A stretch of 59,989 bases of DNA, counting the filler, from Sphacelaria rigidula (Eukaryota), in the NCBI GenBank assembly GCA_964200075.2. It is 8 parts of 8 records of this genome, joined end to end, with 100 filler letters (N's around TTAATTAATTAA, not from the genome) between each part and the next. Parts side by side here need not be neighbours in the genome. Positions count along the whole stretch, not along the records: positions 30,047 to 37,457 come from CAXNAA020015051.1; positions 37,558 to 44,968 come from CAXNAA020015052.1; positions 45,069 to 52,479 come from CAXNAA020015053.1; 5 more parts are not named here. One strand, 5' to 3'. Shown one piece after another: positions 34,037 through 45,179 of the stretch; positions within the stretch are counted from its first letter, which is position 1, and each line of letters opens with the position of its first letter. The position numbers were made by a program, and so were the translations under genes. The notes beneath the pieces were generated by a model. That model saw only the letters and a program-made list of their open reading frames with translations, was not told where the DNA came from and did not search any database.

Positions 34037-37000
34037 TTGAGAATAGGATCGTGGAACGTGTGTGGATTCGCCACAGACAAGCGCAAACGAGAAGCGATAG
34101 CGGGACAAGTGAGCAAACACGACCTAGATATAATAGGAATTCAAGAGTCATGGGAAAAAGATGGGGTAGAAATCGGATGCAAAGTTGAAGAGTACGCATG
34201 GATAGGGAAAACGCGGAAGGGACAGAAGGCCAAGAGCAGAGGAGCGGGGGGAGAAGGGTTTTGAGTCAAGGAATTCCTGTGACATTATAGAAGTGATCGA
34301 TGAAACGAAATTCGACGAGAGCATACAGATAAAGATACCAGGAGAGCAGGGAACGAAGGACTTCTTTGTAGGGAACATCAATATGCCCCCATAATAAAAA
34401 AGTACGGTGGACGGTATTCAGCGTAGGTTTGGAGATATACAGCAGATGATGTACATGAGTATAAAAGGCAAGGAAAAGTACTGTTTGTGGGAAATTTCAA
34501 TGCAAGAGTAGAGAGAGAAGGTCAACCGGATAATATCATTGGGCACTACGGGGAAGATAAGAAGAACACGAATGGGGTAGAAATGCGCAAGTTCCTTCGT
34601 TGGAGGAGTCCATTTAGCTTGGATCGTCCATGCAAGAATATGTAGGTACCCAGTTCCTTCAGCATAACGAGATGAAGACGTCGAACGATAGAGTACCAAA
34701 GCCTGAGGCGCAATGGACATGGACGAGGCAATGCAAAGGAAAGAGAGAACGCTCCGTTCTTGACTATATAGTGGTAAATCATAGAAATAGTGAAGAATTG
34801 AAGTACATGTATGCGCGGAGGACGTGGGAATCACAGATCACTTCCTCGTATGGACAGAGAGCCAACATACGTGAGCTGAAAGAAATAGGCGGGGTAGGAA
34901 GTTGTACAAATGGAAAATCGATAAACCACATATGGAAGAAAAGCAGGAGGAGTTCCAAGAAGAGATGGCCCAAAATGCAGTAATATTTTCCGAGCTGTTG
35001 GAACGTGTAGGTACAGTTGATACCGAAGTGGAAAGAAATCGGGCAGGAGCGAAGATTGTAGAAGGATGGGAGCAGCTGGTCAAGAACACAACGAGTATTG
35101 TCATCGGGAGAAGGCTGATAGTATGCAACAGAGCAGTAAACTGGTGGAGTGAGGGAGTGAAAGAGGCTATCAAAGTAAGGAGAGAGGCCCACGCGAAATG
35201 GATGTCGAGCGAAAGTACGGTAGGATGGGAGGAGTATACAAAAGCTAGAAAGGAAGTAAATAAGCATATTATGGTACAGAAGAAAAAAAGAGGAAGTTTG
35301 GGAAGGTGTAGTGTGAAAAACAAATGAAGATTTCGATGGCAGGATGAAACAAATGTGGGTAGGGATAAAAGGGATCATGGAAAACCAGGCAAGAAAGACA
35401 GACAACGGGATAGCCACACTACGGGCACATAACGTTGAGATGGTCAGCAGTTCGAAGGGGAAGAGATAAGTACTAGTCGAGCACTACCGTAAACTAGGAG
35501 CACCAAAAAGTAACACGAAGTTCGACACAGAATTCGAAAAACAAATCAACGAGTGGGCAGAAGACAATGTAGAGACGTCAAAACGGGAGGATACTCGCTC
35601 GACCGAATTGCAGAGAGAATATACCAGAGATGAAGTAAAGGAGTGCGTAGCTAAAGTCAAGAACAAAAAGGCAGCAGGGGCAGAGGGAATAGTCAATGGA
35701 TTTATGAAGCATGGGGGGAAAGGAATGATTACCATGATGGTTATGCTGTGTAACTGGATCTGGGAAAACGAGTATACACCCAAGAAGTGAAGAGAAGGAG
35801 TAGTTGTCAATCTTTTCAAAAAGGAGACAAGGCTGACGCAGGGACCTATAGAGGGATGACGCTACAGAGCACGGTAGGGAGTATATTCTGTAAGATTCTG
35901 AACGATAGAGTAGGAGCGATGCTAGAAAAGGAAGAAACAATCAGCGAGGGACAAGCAGGATTCAGACCAAACCGTAGTTGCGTAGATCATGTGTACACAC
36001 TAGGTAAGGTTATGCAGGGTAGGAAAGACGCCGGATTAACAACGTACTGTTTCTTTCTGAACGTGCAAAAGGCTTATGACACAGTATGGAGGAATGGATT
36101 ATGGGAAAAGCTGTGGAAAGCTGGGATCAGAGGAAATATGTGGAGAATGGTGAAGAGAAGATGACAGAATGTGCCAAAAGTGTCATGATGCTAGACGCGG
36201 AACTATCGAAATATCTTGATATTTTACAAGGAATTGCACAAGGATGTACAACACCCACTTTATTCAAGGTATTCATCAATGACTTGATACTAGCAATACA
36301 AGCAGCAAATCAAGGAGTCGAGGTGGGTGGAGATGTGATACTTCGTATCAGGTTTGATGTTTGCAGATGATTTTGTGGGGATTTCAGGTACACCGGAAGG
36401 ATTGCAAAACAGATAGACAAGGCGCTAGAATACACTAGGGAATGGAGAGTGACAGCGGACGTCAACAAATGCGTGGTACTCGTCTGTAACGGAGACAAGA
36501 AAAATCCGGCAGAGCTCAAGTGGAAGTGGGGAAAAGAGGAACTGCCGATCGTAGACCAGTATACATACCTTGGCATGGAGATATCAAGTTCTTGTTTTTG
36601 GGATGCCCACATAAACAAAGTAATAGAAAAGAGTAAGGTACAGATTGGAAGGATGGACGTGATCCTCAGAGATTCGCACCTAGACACTAGGATCAAGAGA
36701 TGTATCCTGATGAACGTGATCGTACCAACGCTGGAATATGCAGGGGAAATATGGGAGTGGAACGCGAAGTTGGTGGAGAGGTTGGAAACAGTGCAGATGG
36801 CAGCAGCTAAGAAGATACTTGGATGCTCGAAAACGACGAGTAATACAGCATTGAGAGCAGAGTTGGGAATGTGCTCACTCACAACAAACAGAGACATGAG
36901 GAAACTGCGATGGTAATATAGCGTAAGGAACATGCAGAGAAAGAGATTGCGAGCTATATTTGATAGGGATGTATGGAGGAAAAGTGCGAAAGGGCAGGCT

Positions 37001-37457
37001 GGAGTAAGGTGGGATAGAGAAGTCGAGAAAGTGTGGAAGGAGATAGGAGCAAACCAAGACGAAATACTGTCCATATGTGAAGACGCGGGGTACAAGGCAA
37101 AACTAAGAAACGCGGTAGGCATAAGGAGGAAAGGAGCGCTCAGACGCAAAGAAGACGAGGAAGAACACCTGGAGATATACGGGTGGTTGAGAGAGGGGAT
37201 AGGGATGAGAGCATATTTGCATGGCCCAATTGACGCTGCGAAAATGATGAAATTGCGATGTCGAGTAGGGGACCTAGACCTGCAAGAAAAAAGGAAGAGA
37301 TATACCAGTCGTTGAAAGGAGAAGGAAGTAGATGGACAGAACTGCCTCTGCGGCAAAGCAATAGAGAGCAGAGGTCATATAGTGGCAGAATGTGAGCTAT
37401 ACGAGGAGGAACGGGACGTGCTAGAGCGGGACATGCGAGACGTGAACGAAGGTGGCA
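34037..37457 (+). mobile_element. decayed non-LTR retrotransposon ORF2 (APE endonuclease, reverse transcriptase, C-terminal zinc knuckle), RTE/RTEX-like
   Basis: EN: IGSWNVCG, DIIGIQESW, GNFNAR, LDYI, TDH. RT: NKKAAGAEGI, KKGDKADAGTYRGMTL, QAGFRPNRSCVDH, FLNVQKAYDTV, GIAQGC, MFADD, YTYLG, ALRAELG. C-terminus: CLCG...HIVAEC. Many stops and frameshifts; cut by contig end. Confidence 0.96.
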
Positions 37458-37557
37458 NNNNNNNNNNNNNNNNNNNNNNNNNNNNNNNNNNNNNNNNNNN
37501 NTTAATTAATTAANNNNNNNNNNNNNNNNNNNNNNNNNNNNNNNNNNNNNNNNNNNN
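37458..37557. other. artificial contig spacer
   Basis: N44-TTAATTAATTAA-N44. Confidence 0.98.
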
Positions 37558-38642
37558 AAGAAGCACATACATGCTACAGTTTTCACGGGAAAGACGGCCG
37601 CCGGGATCTACGAGGGAGCCCCTCACCCGCTCTTCCGCATGGGTGTTCCAGATCTGGAGTGTGCATCTCCATTCGACCTGAAGGAGGTGGATGCCGCACA
37701 GCGAGATAACATACTGGCTCGCTACAACGCCGTCCACAGTCGGCTAGCTGCCCTCTACCCCCTCGGTGCGTTGCACCCCCAAGCACCCCAAATGGTGACG
37801 CTGTATCCTGATCGCTGCGTCCTCTATTTATTTTGTTTTCGCTGCGGATGGCGGGTCCAAGTTTCTCGCCCTCATTTCTCATATAATTTTCCGCACCGCA
37901 AGAGCGCATCCGAGTCCTGAATACCTCAGATGCACTGCCTCAACCCTCCCGTGCGACGCGCAGATTTCGACAAACAGCAGGCCATCAAGGACGACATGGC
38001 GACGTCCTACCGACTTCTGGCCGCGAAAGGCTTAGTACCGTGGAATCTTTCGTGTCATTGGTTAAAGCGTAATGGCGTGCAGTCATCTGGAGGGTCACGG
38101 GGAGAGAGAGCGGGGGCAGATGGGGATGTTGATGTAGTCGAGGGGTCTGTGGGGGGGCGGAAGCCGCCTGTCGATGATGATCCGAGAAAAGGTGGTGTCG
38201 ATAACTTAGTGCTAGGTAGCGGGGGCGACGGAGATGGCCATCCAGCAGGGTATATTCCCTCGTTCGACAAGGGACATTTTGTTTTCTTTCTCGGTGACAA
38301 AGCTCCGTTTTTGGTGTGTAGGATCACGGACAAGCGCGAGGGGGCCGATGGCGAAGCAGAAGTTCAGGTGCGCTGGTGGTCGCCGGCCACCTCCGCCATT
38401 CAAACAACGCTTCTGGCTACAACATCGGTGAATACGGCAAAGGAAAAATCACAGCAGATTACAAGACAGTGGGAAACAGTGAAGGGTGTACAATGGGCAG
38501 TAAGAGCAAGAGGCGAAAGTTAGTGCCGGACGTAGAGAGGATGCAAGCAGAGCTGGTTGTCGCTTCGTGCGAGAAGCTAAGCGTTGGTGACAGGATTCCC
38601 AAGCCAGTATGGGATACAATGGAGAAGAGGGCCAGGGATTGA
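37558..38642 (+). pseudogene. 3' part of a frameshifted gene, probably TE-encoded, with a Tudor/SH3-like beta segment
   Basis: Exon 37558-37794 is open (…HPLFRMGVPDLECASPFDLKEVDAAQRDNILARYNAV…, donor ATG|GTGACG); exon from 37930 has FDKGHFVFFLGDKAPFLVCRITDK...EVQVRWWSP, then a frameshift and a stop at 38642. Confidence 0.5.
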
Positions 38643-38987
38643 TGTGTAGCATTCCTGTCTTTTCCTCATTGCATCAGTCGCGGAAGATCGGGGGCTTCGA
38701 CTACCGTTGTGATGTCGTGATTCAGCACCCGTGACGAGGTTGATCTATTTCCTGCCAAGAGTTCCTCCCACACTATCGCCTGCCGTAGGGCTGTCGTTGG
38801 GTCGAGTGTGCACCATTGCAGCGGCATGTATGCTCGAACCTGGTAAAATCCGCACGGATATTAGATATAATTGCCTTCTCTAGAACGCGTTGTCACAACA
38901 TTCCATGATATCCCATTTTTATATCCTGATTTGGTATGTGCTCGTCTCCGGGATAGTGAAAAGCTACTTCTCTCCTCATGCCCGTCA

Positions 38988-39910
38988 GTGACGATCAGCT
39001 TGACGCCGTAAAGTTTCTGCTGGACACGGGCTCGAGGCACCACAGTGAGAACATCGTGGACAACCAATCGCTCTCCCATGAACAAATTGTTGACATGGTT
39101 CTCGCTTTTTCTTCTGACCATGGTGGAGTTTGACGCCGTTCGTCGCCCGCAGCTAACCAAGGATAGGCGGCATGTGCAACCACGAACGCACTTCCTACAC
39201 CTCCCTAAAATTACACATCAGCGCCGTCGTGCGATACTCTTGAGGGCTTTTTGATATTGAACGGCTAGGGTCTTCAAACCTCATTTCATTGATGAACCTC
39301 ATTTTATAGAATCCCCTGTTCCATGCAGTGTAGATTTCACAGCACCGCACCCCAAGCCGTGTAGGATTTCAAGGAATCAAAGTCCCACCTGCCTCATAAG
39401 GACGCAGTAATCTATTGTGTACACTTGGGAACTCCTTCCCTGTCGTTCGACCCATTATACGCAGCGAACAGCTGCGTAGCTGTGTTAACAGAGCCCTAGT
39501 TGCACGGTGCAGCTGCCCACAAGATCGCCGAGTATCCATATCCCCAGACCGCGGGTACTGACGAGATTCTATTCTGGTATGGCAGACATCTGGATGGTTG
39601 ACCATGGCCATCAGACGGTGTGGACGCCGGGACACTCGTTGCATACGACGCAAGTTGACGCGGAACGTATCGGGACACGAAGAACATCCCCGGCGGCGAA
39701 GCTGTGGACAAGAGGAAACGCTTCACCGTAGATCCCGCTGTAAAGTCACTGGCGAAGTGCAAGGATGTGCTGTCTTTTGTCGTCCGTCCCCCAGAGTTGG
39801 GATCACGGCATGGTTTACCCGTGGATTGCGCCAAGCTGAGAGAGGCGAAGAGGTGGGCCTGGAAACAGGAAAACCCCATCAGCGGCGAAGTCCTAGCAGA
39901 CTCATACCAG
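38988..39910 (+). pseudogene. decayed exons of an unknown gene
   Basis: 38988-39132 DDQLDAVKFLLDTG...HEQIVDMVLAF; ~39492-39910 KIAEYPYPQTAGTDEILFWYGRHLDG*...KRWAWKQENPISGEVLADSYQ|GT, with stops. Confidence 0.35.
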
Positions 39911-41476
39911 GTATACATCGTATGGATGCGTACCACCCAAGACAATGTATCTCCGTATCTCCGTCATGGTCGTGAGATGCACATGAAGTTGACATCACGA
40001 GACGAATCACAACCGTCACTGAATTATGCATGTTTCGGTTGGGGCATCACCCGGTACTACCAGGTACGTAAAAGGTAGGGAACAGTGCAGACGAGTCCAT
40101 ACGCCTGTATGCTAAAGAAGACTGCATCAACAAAGAGAAGGTAGGATGAGAAGCACGCGGCGATCGTTCCCAAGATGGAGTAATCATGCACAGGGCATAA
40201 CGAGTACAGGGTGTAACACGTACGGGGTATAACACCCCTTGACAGGAGAACACCGATGACATAGACCCCACCGTCACCACAGAGCGCGAAAGATGTCAAG
40301 AATCTGGGAGATAATAATGCCAGCCTCGTTTTTGTTGAAAAATGTGAAGGTACCACGGGTAAACAGTTTTGCTGACCCCGACGAGAACGTGATATTCACA
40401 GTTCGGAAAGGACAAGGGAGTTGGTACTTTGGCCATGACTCGTGCTTCTTTTATTTTAGTGTTTTCTGCATTTTTTATTATTTTTTTTCCTGCTTTTTTT
40501 TTTCGCTCTTCTACGCTTTTCCTGCGCTATTCCCTGTTTTCTGCACCCCCCTCCCCCTTTTTCCGCCCCTGCTTTTGCACAAAAAATGACCCGCCAACGG
40601 TTGAGACAATACCAAAAAGGAGGAAAAGTTAAGCTAGGCTAGTAAAACGGTGGGGGATCACGTGGGGAGCCCTGTTTTGACTTGACTTTTGATCGGGGCT
40701 CCCCAAGGTACCAGCCTGGCTTAACTGTTGACGTGAAACGTCTGCTTTATTTCCACAAATCAGCGACATAATCTGGTTTTCATGCAACTTTTTCTCAGGA
40801 CCATTTTTCGGCGCAAAAGAAAACAGCATTGCGAATTTTCTGCGATGGCATCTGCTCAATTCTTAAAAAATCTGCGACTTATTGTTGTCCTCTTGCTCCT
40901 CTTTTTCAAGGCCGTTTTTCTGCGCAAAGAAACGGTATTCTGCTTTTTCTGCTTGTTCTGCGATCGCAGAAGGAGCGCAGGCCTATTGGCAGTTGAGAAC
41001 CTGCAAGAATGAACTACCCCTCAGAATAACGACATACCGCCTCCACAACCAAAGTGTCTCAACCAGACCCCCACGCAAGCGGCTTCCTCGGTAAATGCAC
41101 GCCGCCATTTGACTACCCCCGAAAATCCCTCCGCACGAAAGTTCACACCTCTTCAGAGGAATAAAACACCGCTACGAGAGGACGAGTGACCTCTGGGATT
41201 TCATGTTGTGCTGGGTCCGTCTCCCTCCCTCTAGAGCGACTACCTGTGGGCTGTTTCGCTACCGGTGTTCAACCCCTGAGCAGGAGGATACTACCCACCC
41301 TCCACAGGGTTGGAACGGTTCCACCGAGCTTCTGTCCCCTTTGGAACGGTGAATTTCGTATCGAGGGATTTGGAGGATAGTCAACTAGCCGCATGTGAAA
41401 CTGGCAAAAGACGTTGATATCTACTGCGACATCAAATCGACTATGGCATAGTGTTGGAACTGTACTTTGTTTGAAG

Positions 41477-42135
41477 CGGATGGGGAACAGGGTCATCGAT
41501 ATCGAGGTCCACCCGAGACACCATCAAGAGGTGTGGCGTATAAGTCGCGGAACTCCGTTTGCGTTGAAGATCTGTTCTCAGAGACACACACAATCTCACC
41601 CTTCGGCCGTCCGTCGTGTGCCTCCTCGGATGCATGTGGTCAAGGTCAAGGAGGACCTCCTGAAGAAGGGAGTCGACGTCGACAGAGTAACGGAGGCCCT
41701 TTTGAAAGGGGCAAACCCCGAAGATGGTGGTGGGGTTGGCATCGCTTTTCAGTGCATTGGGAACGGGGACTGTTTCATGAATGCCGTCGCGACGCTCATC
41801 ATCGCGAAAAGTAGGAGGGGCGACCGTCGGAAGGCCATATTGCGGCTGGCCAGAAAGCTGAGACCGGCCATCGTGATCACGGGGATCAAGTACATGGAGT
41901 TGTTCCTCGGTGATCAATATGAGTTTTATGGAGCCTGGCCCTGCTACAGCACGGAAGTCAGGGAAGATCTGGCAACCTCCGGGTGGATCGTGTCTCCCGG
42001 AGTGGACGACGGGTTATCTCTCGACTCGACGGACACCGCACGGTTGATGTTCGTGCGGCAGCTGTGACATATGCCTGCGCCGGGGGTTTTCACGCAGCAG
42101 TTCGCATTCCCCATCATGGCCACTGTCCTAGGAGG
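41477..42135 (+). pseudogene. vertnin-like OTU cysteine-protease exon (truncated, one stop)
   Basis: VDRVTEALL...AFQCIGNGDCFMNAVATLI...LARKLR resembles the OTU GDGNC-helix-LR signature; stop at 42065-42067, frame continues PGVFTQQFAFPIMATVLGG. Confidence 0.6.
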
Positions 42136-44968
42136 TCCTCTCTTTGTGGTGGGCGTAGATAGCGAGAATCGCAGCTGCATCCTGGGGTACAGCCTCTTGC
42201 GGTCTGAGTGCACCGGGACTTTCGAGTGGATTCTTGACAAGTACTGCCGAGCGAGTGGTGGGCGCCGACCCAAGGTATTCTTCACGCCATGTGAACATAC
42301 TTTTCAACTCTCGAGACTGAGAAGTTCTGCTCCTCCCAGAATTTTTCTCCGCCGATGCACTATTTGAGACAGTTGCCCCTCTTGACATGGACTGACGTGT
42401 TGGTGGTTATGCTGACAATATTTCTCAATTTTCGCTGCTGCACAGGTTGTGCTGTCAGATGCGGACCTGGCAATAACGGCTACGGTGGAGACGTCCTGGC
42501 CCAGCACGCTCCACCTGTATTGCTTATGGCACATTTTCAAACACGTGCCGAAGAATTGTTTTTCTTCGCTGAGCGAAAGTGATCGGTCAGTATTCATGCA
42601 CAAATTCTCGTGCGCAGCCTACGCAGCCACTCCCGAGGTGAGGCATGGTATGTAGTATTCGTCCCAAACACCGTCGGCGGGTCCCTCAAAGTGTACGTCA
42701 ATGGGCGCACGTGCTGGCGGAGTATCATCTTGGTTGTACGCGAATCTCATCAGGAACACGGTAACGGGTAGGAGCTGAGCGATCTCACTCGTGAAAAATC
42801 CCCTCTGCCCCTGTATTGCGTCAGGTATTCGGTCGCTTCCAGCATGAGGTGATGACAATGGCCATGGGGACCAAGTGCAAGGGTCACATCGCCGACATGT
42901 TCGCGTGAGTACACAGCACAAGTGGCAGAAACCCTCAAAGTGGGTCTCGTTTCCACGACCATGGCCTCCACGCCGCTAATTGCATACATCCATGTCTATC
43001 GGTGGTCGTTCGTGGGCACAAGTTGGAATGCAACTTAACTCGACCCTCCATCCAGCGCCGTGTGTTGCATCCGCTGACCGGCCTCTCCATCCGTTCAGGA
43101 AGAACGAAAAATGGGCTTTTTTCCTTCCGGCCGACACATCTTACCCTGGGTATCGTGGCGACGCAGCGAACGGAGGGTCCGTTCGGGGTGGCAAAACAAA
43201 CTGGCATCCATAGGGGCTTGTCACTGTGCGCCATTTGGGACAAACTTCGTCAGTTGGAAACGCGCCTGTTGATGGAGACCGAGAGGTGAGGCGCTGCAAG
43301 CTCATGCACAATCCCAATTCAGGAGATGAGGGTCGCCTAGGATCCCGGGCAAGCGGTGATCTTGTATGAAATAATAGCCGATCTTGGATTACCTTGGAGC
43401 CGCCTCTTTCACTAACTCGTGTTGGATGGTCGCGTGTCTCGATCCTTAACGTTGTGCGTGAACAGCAACCGTGATGTGTCTTCGTGGCCGGCGAATTGCA
43501 GAAACTCGCTCCCACTCGCAATCGGCTTGAGGTTGGGGACAATTCATCAATCAACGGGCTGGTCAGCCACTCAATCCGTCGATGATTTCGTGCAACTTGA
43601 CTACTGGAAGTCGTTATAGTCTCGTTCCATGGGCATACAAATCCTGGTAAATTCGTGTCTGTTGAGTCTCACGGAACTTGGTCTTTCGGATGTCCGACAG
43701 GCTATCGTCCCGCCGCATCGATACCGGGAGAACATTCGCTGTGAAGGACCTGGAGAGCATGTTTCGACACATTCTGGACAGTCTGCGGGCCGCCGGGGCG
43801 AGTAATTACTGCGAGAAGGTCAGTACTGACTTGCGTCGTATCGACAGTGTCCCGTACGTAGCACACCATGATTACGCTGCGTACACCGCGGGTCTTGGCG
43901 TCAGAATTGCTACGCTTGTCGCTTTCAGGAAGAAATACTGTCGGTGGTTGCCTCTAAGACCGACTTTTAGACCGACTTTTATGCACTGGAATGTCGACTT
44001 GTACGAGTTGACGATTTCAGCAACAATATCGGGTGATTTCCTCTCGCGGATTGATTTTTCGGACCCCAGTCCGTTGGGCAATGTTTTTCGGCTACCTGTG
44101 AGCAAGCCAGATCAATTCTCCGATTCCCTACACGTCGACTGTGTTATGTGACCTCTCCAAAACAATCCAGGTACTCTATGATCTCGCCGCCGCGAGATTG
44201 ACGGAGATGCCGTCGAGATCCTAGAGTTGCCCGGGTTTTTTCAGGAACGTGATACATGAAAGTCAACGTCGAAGGAATCGGATAACTGATCTGGCTTGCT
44301 CACAGCTAGTCGCAAAACATTGCCCAACGGAGTGGGGTCCGAAAAATCAGTCCGCGTGTTTTCGCCTGATATTGTTGCTCAAATCGTGAATTCGTACAAA
44401 CCCAGATTCCGGTGCATAAACGTCGGTCTAACAACGCTCAGGATATAAAGTCGGGTTGCGCGATTGAAATGACCGGCTTGTGCTCTGTTCTCGCCCATGC
44501 AGGAGCTCCGAGTGGAGTTCTCAAACGGATGTCAGGCTTACGATGTCAGCATCGCACGAGGGCCAAGGGATGCCGACGGCAGACCGATCCCCGTCAGTGC
44601 TGCCTATGTTCGCCGCTTGTCGTCGGTGAACCCCCGAGCGAAGATCTTGCAACAGGCGCCAGATTTAACGGACCTGGAAGACGACTTTCACGGCGCGTCG
44701 GACGCCAGCGTGTGGGCGCGCACTTCTCTGGAGGCATTTTTGAACGTGATTGCTGACGTCCCCGCTGAGGCCGTCGCGATAGTACAGTACAAGCTCACAA
44801 CTCGGGCGTCGCGCCCGAGCCATCTCGTCGTTTTGGGGCCCGGCAAATTTCACCTCTGTTCTTGCCTGCAGCTTCTGCGCCGTGGACTGCCATGCAGGCA
44901 CTACTTCGCCGTCTTGCCGCAAATGTTGGAAAAAATGGTGGACGCGGGTGACAAAGTCCACCACCCGT
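42136..44968 (+). mobile_element. Mutator/MULE (FAR1-like) transposase with SWIM zinc finger, six exons, defective
   Basis: Phase-consistent exons ~42136-42274 (VGVDSENRSCILGYSLLRSECTGTFEWIL), 42446-42637 (SDADLA...HLYCLWH), 42825-42904, 43099-43285 (KWAF..TLGIVATQRTEG; +1 frameshift in a T run), 43701-43818 and 44503-44968 (CSCLQLLRRGLPCRH). Confidence 0.92.
43967..44431. mobile_element. 465-bp foldback element in MULE intron
   Basis: ~220-bp inverted arms (TTAGACCGAC.TTTATGCAC...GATTTTTCGGACCCCA.TCCGTTGGGCAATGTTTT...GTGAGCAAGCCAGATCA) with a short spacer. Confidence 0.88.
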
Positions 44969-45068
44969 NNNNNNNNNNNNNNNNNNNNNNNNNNNNNNNN
45001 NNNNNNNNNNNNTTAATTAATTAANNNNNNNNNNNNNNNNNNNNNNNNNNNNNNNNNNNNNNNNNNNN
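44969..45068. other. artificial contig spacer
   Basis: N44-TTAATTAATTAA-N44. Confidence 0.98.
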
Positions 45069-45179
45069 CTAAATATTGGTGGGAGCATGAGCCTGCAAAC
45101 TTCAAATCCGCCTCTAGGCTGGCCCAGCTCGTACACTGTTTTTTTCAGCGAGTGTTTCAGTTTTGTTTTGTCTCGGGCA

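Noticed and set aside
36310-37356. 348-aa minus-strand ORF and similar ORFs at 34418-35940
   Set aside because: Antisense shadows of the purine-rich LINE ORF2
38988-39132. Ankyrin repeat
   Set aside because: LDAVKFLLDTG looks ankyrin-like, but the TPLH motif and 33-aa spacing are missing
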